NCBI GenBank assembly: GCA_043228905.1
Contig: JBHGNT010000010.1
Location: forward strand, 22,196,001 to 22,260,000
Source of the DNA: Azolla caroliniana
Lineage: Eukaryota; Plantae; Polypodiophyta
Direction of reading: 5' to 3'
DNA: 64,000 nucleotides
This document shows, piece after piece, positions 27,101 through 39,200 of the stretch. Each line of letters starts with the position of its first letter. Within the stretch, counting starts at the first letter, position 1. The position numbers were made by a program, and so were the translations under genes. The notes under the pieces were generated by a model, which was given only the letters and a program-made list of their open reading frames with translations, ran no database searches and was not told where the DNA came from.

Positions 27101-30100
27101 CTTATTCTTATTTGATGGTAGCCAGTACGGAGATCAAGTTTCGTAAAATACCGAGCTCCCTGGAGACGGTCAATTAGATCGTCAGCCCAGGGCAATGGAT
27201 ACGAATTCTTGATCGTCACTTTATTCAAGCGTCGGTAATTAATACACATACGCCATGTGCCCTCTTTCTTTTTAACCAAGAGAACTGGTGCACCCCATGG
27301 AGATTTACTATAACGTATATAACCCATTCGTAAATAGTCCTTGAGTTGCTTAGATACCTCATCTTCTTCGGATCGACTTAAGCGATACGGAGGTATACTT
27401 ATTGGTGCAACACCAGGTACAATATCTATACGATGGTCTATATTACGTTTAGGAGGTAACCCATCAGGTAGTTCACTTGGAAAAACATCATGAAAATCAT
27501 TTAAGATTTCATCAAGTTGTTGTTGTTCAAAATATGTTAATTGAATCGGGACATTATCGATATTGTAAACGTGAATGTCCGGATCAAGTATACAATAAAA
27601 TAACGTAGAACAAGACAACTCGGATATTGATGGACACGAGGAAACAATCGAGAGGGATTGTTTTTTTACGCATTGAATAAAATGCGTACAATCATTCAGT
27701 ACAAAAGAAATGGAATGACGAACCCAATCAATAAATAAAGAAGAGTTTTTATTATAAAACCAGGGATAACCCAGTATTACATCGGTGGTACAAAGATTCA
27801 TTACATGGAAGTCTACTTCCTCTATATAAGTATCAATAGAAATTCCTAATGAATGAATCGCCCCGTTGATGTATTGTACTCTTCCATCAGCCAAGTGCAC
27901 CGTGTAGGTGTGATCACTTACGGTGGGTTGGATTCCCCATATCTGAACCAAACGATCATTCACAAAATTGTGTGAGCTTCCCGAATCAAATAAAAATTGT
28001 ACGGGAGATCCATTGATATACCCGTTTGCACGTAGTAAATCATTGGGACCCAATACATAGTGAGGGAAAGAACATTGACAATTACTTAAATGATGTGTAT
28101 AGACCTGAAGGACATTAGGAATCTGACCTTTATGGTCTGCAGCTTTAGCTTTGTTGTCGTGCTCTTTCCGTTGGAGCTTTCGACATTGATCTTTTGTATG
28201 ACCCTTCTTTTTGCAGAATACACAAAAAGGATGTTGTCGTTTACAATCGCGATCCAGGAATTCGTTGGGTGTCTTGCGTTTCCCAACAAATTGCGACTGC
28301 TTAGTCCTGGGCGCTTCGTTGGGTTTGTTATGGTCCTTCGAAGTGCGTTGATAGCGAAGAACTATTTCAACGGCCTCTTCGAAGGATTTTGGATCCTTAT
28401 CGTGCACTATCCAGTGATAGTCCGAATTGGGGATGCCATTGACAAAACAAGCTATCAACCAATTGTCCCCTTTTAGACCCGATTTTTGGATTTGGGTTCT
28501 AGCATGGTGAATATAGTCTTCTAGCGAGGAAAATTTCCTACTAGAGAGGTTCATTAAAACTTATGCTGCCTCGGTTCGAGAGGGAGGTTGCAGAAATTGG
28601 CCCTTAAAAACCGTGACAAAATCTGTCCAGGTATCGGGCAATTTCCCCATAGTACGGAGGCCACGCCATCAGGCGGCGGCCTTACCCCCGAGTTCTCGGC
28701 CGACATATGCAATCTTCGTACTATCTGGCGTGGGATAGAGCTCAAAATGAGACTCCCATCGTCCCAGCCATGTGCAGATTGCTTCTTCGGTTCTTTCCTT
28801 TTTGTCTCCGGTAAATGGCTTAACGACAAATGATGGTTCACCTTGTCGCTCATCAGGTCTATTAGTCTCACGTTGTAGACTAATGACACGTGCCTCAAGA
28901 GCACTTTGAGATTGCCGAAGTTCGGTCATCTGTTGAGCGGTGAAACTAAGGTATTGGGTTATTTGTGCCAAATACATCTCAGTGGACATTTGTCCAGGAG
29001 GATTCCCTTGAGTTCCTTCCGCTTGAGCAGATGACATCGGGTCGTTAATTTGAGCCATTAAAGATTATTTCTGGAAAAGAAATAGGATAAGGTCAGAGAT
29101 ATAGTCATAACATCATGTCGTGATGTAAACATATCATGGGCGAGCATTAATCGATATCATTATCTCACGTCAATACCCCTCTAGACGTATGAGATGAGGT
29201 TCAAGATCAGGTTACTATGGTAACACAAAGGTGTTTTAAAAACCATGGGGGTGACAAATAAATGTCTTTCCCTGATCTCTATATCGATTTTTTTATGGTG
29301 GCTCCCCAAGGCTCAACCATGTATGTTCGCGTCATGAATAGTTTATACACGAAAAAAATGTTAACAATAAACTATGTTTCGGTGCCCACATAAGTGGTTT
29401 CGGCTCTTTAAGTCCTATTACGAGGACCCCGAGGTGCACTTAGACCTTAAGTCTAAACATGTGTTATAGTCATATTTATCAAGGATGTTGTATGGTCTTG
29501 GTCATATTTGAACTCGAGACCTCGAGAACAAATACATTAAACACTTGAGCCAACCAAGTAAGTTGCTCTTCTCGAATGCTTAATATTTGATGCGTATAAG
29601 AGATATGCGAGGCAATTGATCATATATGTTTTTTTAAAAGAACATATATGTCAAGGGTCCTTATTTCGCCCTCATTTACCAAAACTATGTTGGTACGTTA
29701 CCTAACCTCAAGTCTCATAATTACGATGGCATACGCCAAAGTGCAACCTAATGGTGAAGCCAAATGAGCCCTTGTTTCGTAGTAGGCTCACGTGGGCCAT
29801 CACATGGTCACGTCATTACGACTGCCTCTCGTAAGAACGAGCTCATGGTGGCATCGTATCCATGTAACGAGGGAGGGATGTTGGATACGTGTGTCATTGG
29901 AGCGACCTCACTTGAAGTGGGTCAAGCCCTACGTACTCAACATCATTATGGCTATTGGCGTTTCTTTACGTAACGAAATCGAGGTCATCAACGGGGTTAT
30001 CAACAATAAAAAATTGTTGAAAAAGGGATGGTGACAACGCCATTCTCACAAAAATGTGAGGACGGCCACCAACATCCTTTTCCCGACAAGGACAACTTTC

Positions 30101-31201
30101 GATATAATCACGTAATAACGAATATACACATATGTTTACTTATCACATATATACGATCAAATACGTATATATGTGACCACATATGCCTATATTAAACATA
30201 TCGTTATATTAAATAGCCACAAATGATGTGATCGAGATACGTAATCGAGGTATATACCTCTACGCACACGAAACATCCACAAATAAGAGATCATCGTAAT
30301 ACGCAATGGAGGTATTGACCTCTTACGCATACGAGACCAAACGCATATCGTTTACAACAAATCAAGGTATTAAACTCATACGCAAACGTAACATATGTTC
30401 GTGAACGTAATACGTAATTGAGGTATTAACCTCGTACGCATACGACACTCATCACATATTATTAATATGTCAAACGAGGTATTGACCTCGTGCACATATG
30501 TAAATGTTTTAGATAATCAATTAAAGACCACTACAACATCATTGACTTAATGAAAAAAATTACATATAAACTAAACACATGATTAGATGGGAGAAGAGGG
30601 AATAGAAAGAAAAATTATGGAAAGAGTTACCGAAGTTCTTTGTTGATCGTTGTCTGGATCAAGGCCAACCACACAACGATCGATCAGCATCAATCAAAAG
30701 ACAAATGAAAAACAAAGAAACATTAGTACAAAAATCTGATACCAAATATTATAGATCTAGATACTAAAGTAAGCTTAAGATAAGGATAAAGAAATGAAAG
30801 ATAGAAATGAGAAAGAGAAAGAAGGGTGCCGATCCACCCGACCACCCCCGAGCGAAGGGATCGAAACGGACTCGAGCCTCGATCGGCGTCCCATACCACC
30901 GCCGTGGCGTCGAGTCGTACCTGGTGCTGGCGCGCTCGCTACAAGAGTTGACCCACCACACGAGCAGAGTCTCGATGTAGTCAAAAGATGCTCAAATGAG
31001 GGTAGCTAGGCCTCTTATTTATAGCGATACCCAAGGCCCCCAGGCAAGTTCACACTTGACCTAATGGGTTGTCTCAATCCCGAGGATTAAAAGTAATCCT
31101 CCCCTTCTTTACACTCTCGTTTAACCCTCACACTTATCCACGTGTATAGAATACTACGGTAAATTCTCACCACGGGATATTATATGGTCATGCCCGTAAC
31201 A
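24188..31201 (-). mobile_element. Full-length Ty3/gypsy chromovirus LTR retrotransposon
   Basis: 455-bp LTRs at 24188-24642 and 30747-31201 (9 mismatches counted by eye); TSD AAGAG at 24183-24187 and 31202-31206; PBS TGGTATCAGA (iMet) at 30744-30735; PPT AAAGAGGGGGAG next to the 3' LTR. Confidence 0.97.
24629..29058 (-). pseudogene. gag-pol polyprotein (GAG, CCHC, PR, RT, RNase H, INT, chromodomain) with 2 stops and 1 frameshift
   Basis: GAG from 29058 has in-frame TGA (28671-28669) and TAA (28563-28561). Then [19 protein letters not shown] protease and RT FLDD; frameshift ~26690; RNase H ETDASDYA; integrase HHCC/DDE with GPF; chromodomain PERILD...IKW...DATWE. Confidence 0.95.
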
Positions 31202-31715
31202 AAGAGGTCATGGGTTCACCCCCTACATTCCAAAATGCCATACTAGTGTAAGCTACTTACAACAAGAGAGAGAAGAGAGGTATGTGCATCACTTCATCAC
31301 CTATATATATTTGAACCTTACATTCTAGAATGGCATCTAGTAAATCAAGAGATATACATGGAGTAATAGAGAGGTGAGAAATTAGGTTTCAAACCCAATA
31401 CATAGTACTAGCAATGTAACAACTTACCACTAGGGTAAGTTAATTACAATAAAAAAGAAAGAGAGAAAGATGCATCACTTCATCATCTCTATATATTTGG
31501 ACCTTACATTCCACAATGGTATCTAATAAATTAAGAGATATATATGGAGTAATAGAGAGGTGAAAATTTGGGTTTCGAACCCAAGACATAGCAATGTAAC
31601 AACTTACCACTAGGGTAAACTAATTACAAGGGGAGAGAGAGAGAGAGAGATGTGCCCAAGATATAGTACTAGCAGTGTAACAACTTACCACTAGGGTAAG
31701 CTAATTACAACACGA
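31202..31715. mobile_element. Array of tRNA-derived SINE-like units (~185-bp and truncated ~70-bp)
   Basis: Repeated aacttaccactagggtaagctaattacaa. The minus strand reads A-box-like CCTAGTGGTAA and B-box GGGTTCGAAACCC (31582-31570). Units are separated by (GA)n. Confidence 0.65.
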
Positions 31716-31719
31716 GAGT

Positions 31720-33893
31720 GAAAAAGAAAGAAAGAAAAGAAAGTTATATTAACATCTTCTAAGGCCAAAATTGGCCCATGAGACTGTTGGTTTACAACAA
31801 GAATTGGTATTTATCCAATCATCAAAACTAAAATAAAAGTAAAGTAAAAATAGCTTAAGCTAAAAGAGTTCTAGTCGTGTACAAAACATAGTATACTTGA
31901 TAAAAAAGAAGTGACTTTGCACTAAGCCTAATTTCATTTCCACCCAAGCCTCTCAGAAAGAAGTGGGAGGTCAAAGGGTTTTGGTGTGGGTGTGACCCAT
32001 GGTCCCGGTGTATAGAGTGCCCCAACCATGGCTTCTAGGCGGTGTAACTCACGTTCCCTTATTTTCTTTATTGCTTCTACATCACGTCGAGGTGCTTTGA
32101 AACCCGACATCCGAGGGCGTTTGGTTCTTCTTTGATTTTCTGCTTCATCAAGGAAAAGCCCAAGTGGTGCAGGTGTGTCGGCATTCGTTGTCTCCCCCTG
32201 TTCCTGAAAGGCTTCATTTGTTACATGTTGGTGAACATTAACAACCTTATTGTCAACATTTTGTAACTTATTCTCTCTGTGTTGTTTTAATTCTAGGATG
32301 TATCTGCCTAATTTCTTTATATCTAGTGTATCTAAAAGTTTAGGGAGGGTGGGAGAGGAACCAAGTATGTCTTGGTATTTGGCCGTTATCTCGGCATAGA
32401 TGGGACATTTGCATGTAAAGTGGTACTCATCCTCTATCTCTACATGGCATAACCTACATATCCTTTCCTCCCTAGGGACTCCATTAATACATCCATGCTC
32501 AATCTCAAGTTGGTGAGATGATAGTACAACATTTTAGATGGGAGTGGCTCTAGTGGGGTGATCCATTAATATCGAGTGTAAATTTGCCAGATTTCTTGGC
32601 GTATTACTTTATTTCGGTCCTCATGAGAGATTAAAGTGTTATTAATCGCGTGGTCGTACTTAAAGGGGGGGAGGTTATTAATGTATAGACCGTTTGCAAG
32701 AAGCCAACTCACCATCATGCCATACCATGAGCTAGTATAGCCGGACTCATACAGTGATCGAGAGGCCGTAAAGGCTTGATGGAATATTCTATCATGTGGT
32801 TGGCTATGTATCCTATGGATAAAGGCTACAAGTTGAAAAAGTATTTCTACTAACATCGGGGGTAGAGTGAACTCAGCCCTAATAATGTCATGTGGGACTG
32901 TCGATTTGCTTTGGAGTTGGTGTGATAACATCATCACCAATGGTCTCTCTAATTGTGTCCACATGAAAGATGGTAGTCCTGGAGCCAAAACCGTTGATGC
33001 ATACATTAGGGAGGGAGTCACGAATGAGTCAAAGAGCCACCCTTTAGTCCGTGGCTCTTGGAAGTATGCTTGATGGCATTGTCTCTCGAGGAGTGAGAGG
33101 GATGCATGTCCTCTCGTAAGTCTATCCTTCGCTGCTTGTGTCATCGAAAATTTACTTGAGCGGGCACTGAAAGTGACTCCAAGATAAACATATGATCCAA
33201 CCACCTCAATTGGGCTATGGGAGATAGTTAGGTGACACTTAGCTCTAACTTGGGCCAACGTGTGGAAGATAAGGACTTTAGTTTTCCCTAGATTCACTAC
33301 CAATCCTCGTTTTGCACAAAAGTCATCTAAGGCATTAAGGTGCCTTTGTAGGTCGTGTTCAAATTCAGAGAGCAAAAGTATGTCGTCTGCATAGAGCAAG
33401 ATATGAACATGCGTATCCCCAAGGACTACTCCATTGCCTCCCTTACGAGCAATAAAATCTGTGATCTCATCAATGTAGATCCCAAAAAGAGTCAGAGATA
33501 GGGGGCAACCTTTTTTACACCAATAGTGCTAGTGAAACAATCGGATAGGCCACCTGGGCATCGAACACACCCGAACACTTGTTCATATAGTGCGTAGATG
33601 GCCCAAACAATATCATATGGTATCCTCAAGCTTTTAAGCCTATCAAACAACCGCTCCCTAGGGACCGTGTCAAAGGCTTTGCGGAAGTCCACAAAACAAC
33701 AATATAATTTCTTCTTGCAAGCCTTAGTCTAGTCAATTAAGCATCTAAGTGTGAAGATATGATCAATAGTGGAGAAGGCTTGTCTAAAGACAACTTGTTC
33801 AGGTGCGCGAAGATTTAAGGTCTCCAGATAATCGTTAAGCTCTGCCTCCATTACTGCACCATATAATTTAGCAAGGGTATGACCTATCATAAT
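31720..33893 (-). mobile_element. 5'-truncated non-LTR retrotransposon (RTE-like LINE), degenerate
   Basis: RT motifs VDFRKAFDTV, GVKK..PL and LLYADD, then YVYLGV; stops and frameshifts present; 3' UTR ends in a (TTTC)n tail at ~31720-31745. Confidence 0.88.
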
Positions 33894-34114
33894 GGGAGAG
33901 AGACCCTATATAAAGAAGTTAAAAGGTATTCTCATGTGGAATTTTTGGATGTTAGAGCATGTGGGGATCATTTCCTCAAATGCATATTCAAGTTTTTTAA
34001 CGACATTACAAGACGTCCCTCTCCCTACATAGGTATATGATAGGTAGAGGAGACTAAGAAGTATTGTAACTAAGTGGATTTTACATACAATTAATATAAT
34101 TGTGTGCTTTTACC

Positions 34115-34368
34115 AGAGAGAGAGAGAGAGATGTGCCTAAGACATAGTACTAGTAGTGTAACAACTTACCACTAGGGTAAGCTAATTACAACAAGAAAGA
34201 AAGAAAGAAAAATATATTAACGTCTTCTAAGACCAAAATTGGCCCATGAGACAATTGGTTTACAACAAAAATGGGGTATTTGCCCATTCATTGAAAATAA
34301 AAATAAAAATAAAAATAAAAATAAAAAAGAAAGAAAGAAAGAAAGATATATTAACGTCTTCTAAGACC

Positions 34369-34414
<46 letters not shown>

Positions 34415-34685
34415 TGCCCAAGGCATAGTACTAGTAGTGTAACAACTTACCACTAGGGTAAGCTAATTACAATAAGAGAGAGAAAGAAAGAGAGCCTACA
34501 AGGATGTAGCTCGATTGGTAAGGTTGCCCAATAGAGACCAAGAAGAGGTCATGGGTTCAACACCTATATTCCACAATGGCATCTAGTAAAATTGAGAGAT
34601 ATATATGGAGTAATAGAGAGGTGAAAATTTGGGTTTTGAACCCAAGACATAATGCTAATAGTGTAACAACTTACCTCTAGGGTGT
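34115..34685. mobile_element. Further SINE-like units plus two short LINE 3'-end copies
   Basis: Same aacttaccactagggtaagc units; LINE 3' tail sequence (tattaacgtcttctaagacca) at ~34215 and ~34350; complete two-headed unit at 34503-34685. Confidence 0.65.
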
Positions 34686-36201
34686 ATATTAGACCTAAAT
34701 GTTGATGATGTTGGAGTAGAATGTCTTCGATATCTACAGAAGGCCATTAAGTACGATTTCTCATCAAAGATGTTGAATGAAATTGATCTATGGCAAATGT
34801 ATTTAAGGAACGACAAATGGAAAGTTTCAATGATTGTTTTAGAATGTTCTCCAAGGATATTAACATATGAGTCAATATCGATGCAAACTAATTTTAGATC
34901 ACAAGAAAAAAAGACATTGGCACCTAACTATGAGTCAATATCAATGCAAACTAATTTTATTACTTACAATATGGACAACACATTTGAAATATTTAAATTG
35001 CACTAATAGTATTGAGAAGAGCTTAGGAATCATGAAAGAATCAGACTTTTCGCACATATTGCCTATCTTTTGAATGTGCTATTTACATTTTAAATATTGA
35101 GAACTAGTTGTATCTTTTGTGCATAAAATTGTATCATTATAATCATATTGATGTAAAATAATGTTCACTATAGTAATCATATTAACTTGTCTGAAGTTCA
35201 TTGAATAATATTGACTACGTGGACACAAAACCTCCAAGCATGGGTGCTCCTTTCTTTCTAACAATCAACATCATAAAACAACAATAGTGTGCAATAATAG
35301 TATGTGGTGTATATAGTGCAAGGGACACGAAGATGTGTCAAAATTTGTTGCTCTACGTGAGGTTTTGGAACCGATTAAGTGGACATGCAATCATGAAGCC
35401 ATTGATCTTTAGATGTGTATACCTTTTTCATTTTTGCAAAGTGTTACCTTTGCGAGGTATTGGTTGGTCTTAACAAAGATTCCCTTACAATCAAGAACAT
35501 GGGAGGCACTAACGTGCATCGTACATTATCACTCGTGGGAAAAACTATAGATTGTAGTAAAACCATTGATTGGGCATGTTTCACCTTGGACAATTTTTGA
35601 AGGAAATAATGGTTGGTCAATACTTCAAGTGCTTAGTCAATGAGATTCTCTACGACATTAGGCAAATCTATTATTTCTACTTATAACTATATCGATTGTT
35701 GTCAAAGATGAGATCTCATTTTAAGACTCCGCTGCTTGTTGCCCATGTAGGTTATTTTGGCATCTTGTAATATATAAGGATTCTTCATCTTAAGAGAGAG
35801 TTTGCTAAGCATGTGGGATATATTGGGTCTCTCGAACAATTGCTCACTACGTACAAAGATCTCCCATTTGATCTCGGATCAGAGGGCTCGATGGACGACA
35901 TCATCTCCCTCCTTGTTCATGCAGTTTATTTGGGGGACAAGGGTGGCCACTTCACTTCGTCCGTTGGAGGAGGAGGCAGGATGATCGATCACCCATGGAG
36001 CTCCAGAAGGCTGGTTAGGAGGAGGGGTATTTTGGGAATATATATAAATATATAAATATAAATATATATATCTAAACTACGCGACAGAAAAAATGATAAG
36101 GGAATACGGTGTTTGAAAACATTTCAGCCCGGGAACGCTGGCATTTTGAGCAGGAGGAACGAATGAAAGGGAAGAAGGATCGCAGATGCTGATGATCGGA
36201 T

Positions 36202-39200
36202 ATGGCGATGAGAGGGACGCGGGTCTTCATCTCGCGCAAGGATTTCCCTCCTCAATTCATCGATTCTGCTCAAGACTTACTCAGAGAGAACGGTGCTGAA
36301 TCTTGTATTTGCTCCAACCCTTCTTGTAACACAAAGACAGATTTCCATGTCCTCCCTTCCACTCAGCAGGTACTGTCTCATCCCGAAACTCTTGTTATTT
36401 CTTCTCTGAACTTGTGACGATTTGTGTTTCGTTTCTCAAAGCTAAATTTCGAGAACATCTATAAGATATTCGCGTTTCTTCTGGCAGATACTAATATGTT
36501 CAGATAAATCGACGCAATAGATTCTCTCCAGAATTTACTGAGTTTTGTAGTTACTCGTTTCATGTTAAAGCTCAATCTGAGTACATATAAACAATGTTGT
36601 AGATACTTGTAGTCTTTTCCTAAGGTGACGGTCTTTACTGCCGCAAAATTTGAGGCTTCATCTTCATTTCTGACGTATTCATTTCCTTTTAGTTCTAAAA
36701 TTTGAGGACACATGAATAGTTGTTGTAAATATTAATTTTTTTCCTCATAGTCAATGAATTTCAACAAAATTAGATTTTCCTTCATTTATGACCTAACAAA
36801 ACCCTGTTGCTGCTCTTGATGTCTTTTGAGAAACAAAATATTCTAGATATCGGTGGTAGTTTGAAGTGGAGATTGATACAAAACGTCACACAATGTTTGG
36901 GAAAGGATTTATTTGTATGCCTCATATTTTGTGCTACTTCATTTTCATCAGTAACCACAGATCATTTTGTTACTTGCCTATTGTATGCAGCCAAAATTTG
37001 AGCACATATGGAGTGTTGTACATATTGATTGTTCTTTTCAGAGGAAGATGAACGCTGTATGGATTTTTCACAGATAATTCAAGAACATATAGGCAGTGTT
37101 GCAGTTATCTGTGGTTCTTTGCAGGAGATCATCATCTCCAGTACACAAACTTTAGGGCATTGCTTCCTTTCTGATCTTCAATGCGTTGTAGGTCCATCAT
37201 TGATGTCAAAGCTAAATTATGAGAACATATGGACAGTTTTGTAGGCATTTTCCCTTCTCAATTGATGTCAAAGCTAAATTATGAGAACATATGGTCTTCA
37301 ATACATATATTTGATGGATTTAAGAATGCCATTTCGTTTCTAACATTACTGAGATACGCCTGTAAATTTGATTGACGACAGAACAAGAGGGTCTTGATTT
37401 AGGATATAGATTACAACAGATTTTTCTCTATCATATCTCAACAAGTTCAGGTTTGATATGGGATTGGTTCATGATGCATTACTACTTAAGTATCTCACCT
37501 CAACAAAATCACTATTTTTATTCACTACCTTTGCAAATGAACGAAGAGAATGGTTAGTTTTGACAAGAAAAGGCTGAGAGGCATATGGTAACTAAAACGT
37601 GGAAGATCTGGATGATGAAAAGATGGGATGGTACCTGATGCATTTCAAACGACCTTCAAAATTACATGTTGGAAAACAAGTGCATGGCCAGCTAGTGCCT
37701 ATTGAAAAATATTTTAACAGGCATTTTGACTTGAAGTAGAGCACAATGTTAGTCAAAAACTTTGAAGTGAAAATCCATGGATTGACTCGAGAATAGTTTA
37801 GAAATGCCTGACTCTTGAATTCACAAGAAAGAGTATGATGTATTACAGGTGCATCACATGTAATATGATATATATTTATATTTGCATTGATCACCATGTA
37901 TTACATTAGTAGTCAATACCTTTACATGTTAGTATAGATAAAGGGCAAACCATAAATATCCTGAAATCATAAACTAAATTTCATAATAAATTATGGTCTG
38001 GCCTTGCCAAAAGCTCGCAATAGATATCTAAAACTAATTTTGTGTATCATGGCTCATTTTAACCTAGTGACTATATTAGATAATTGCACGAATTTAAGGA
38101 GAAATTTATTTTTACTGGTAAATATGCTTGTAGAGATATCCGTTTCAACTAACAGTTTTCTACTTCTATAATTTATAGGAGAAGGTAATGGAATATCTTG
38201 GTCAAGGATGCAATGTGATAGGTGAGTTTTGACCTTGTTGACTTTGAATGATTCTTTGTTAACTTTAAAATCTAAAGTTGTAGTCCTACTTCCATTGAAT
38301 GCTTAACTACCAACCTACCACCAAAGTCATTACAATCTCATGCTGTATTTGTGTGAAATTTAGAATAAACACTAAAGGCAAGGTTGAGCTTGTGAAAGAT
38401 GTAGAAACTAATTATGGAACTCAAGAAATTTGAATTTCAGGAATTGTTATAGATGAGAACCAGAGGCTAGGGTTCAACTTTAACTGCAAACAAAGAAAAT
38501 TGTGCATACAATTGTTGCCAGAGTAGCCAATCATGTAATTGTGAATAAGATCTGATCACCTTTCACCATTGTATATGATTGTACTTTGATTGCTTACTTA
38601 GTAACTGTTAGGAGAAGATTGACAGAAAAAGGGTAGAAATTAAACATTTGCTTTTATGTAGGTCCTGATTGTCTTCTTCGATGTGCAAAGGAGCATCGTC
38701 CATTTCCAAACCAATCATACACCTGCTGTCTGGCTATGGAAGGTGTTAAGGTGCTTGGAACTGGGTTTGAGAAGACAGAGAAGGTATGGAAATTATTGTT
38801 TATAGCTCTAGATTCTGACTGTTTTTAGCCTGAACTGTACACAATTATGTTAGCAGTAATATGTCATTTTTTTATTTGCATTATATCATTTTATTCACAC
38901 TCTTCATATACGATTTTGGGATTTAGCTTGAGATTGAAAGGCTTGTTACTGCAATGTGTGGCGAAGTAGAGACCAAAGCACTAGCAAATGTCAGTTTTGT
39001 CATTGCAAAAGATGTTCTGGCAGCAAAATACAAGGTGATTCTTAGACATTTTGTGCAAGGAACAAGTACTCCAACTTCTTGGGATTTCCTTAGTTTTTTT
39101 ATTCACACTCCTAAGTTCTTAAATTGTGTTATTCCTGGCAAAAAATTGAACCAATGTTGAATTGTTGATTTTGCAGTTTTCATTGAATAACATTAAAAGG

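Noticed and set aside
28554-28556. TAATG stop-start coupling between gag and pol suggested by the ORF track
   Set aside because: The true GAG frame is continuous with the 28554 ORF apart from two point-mutation stops; the 28554..28904 ORF is off-frame.
34503-34570. Genuine tRNA gene
   Set aside because: Only A/B boxes are retained; no clean cloverleaf or T-run terminator; it sits within a dispersed repeat.
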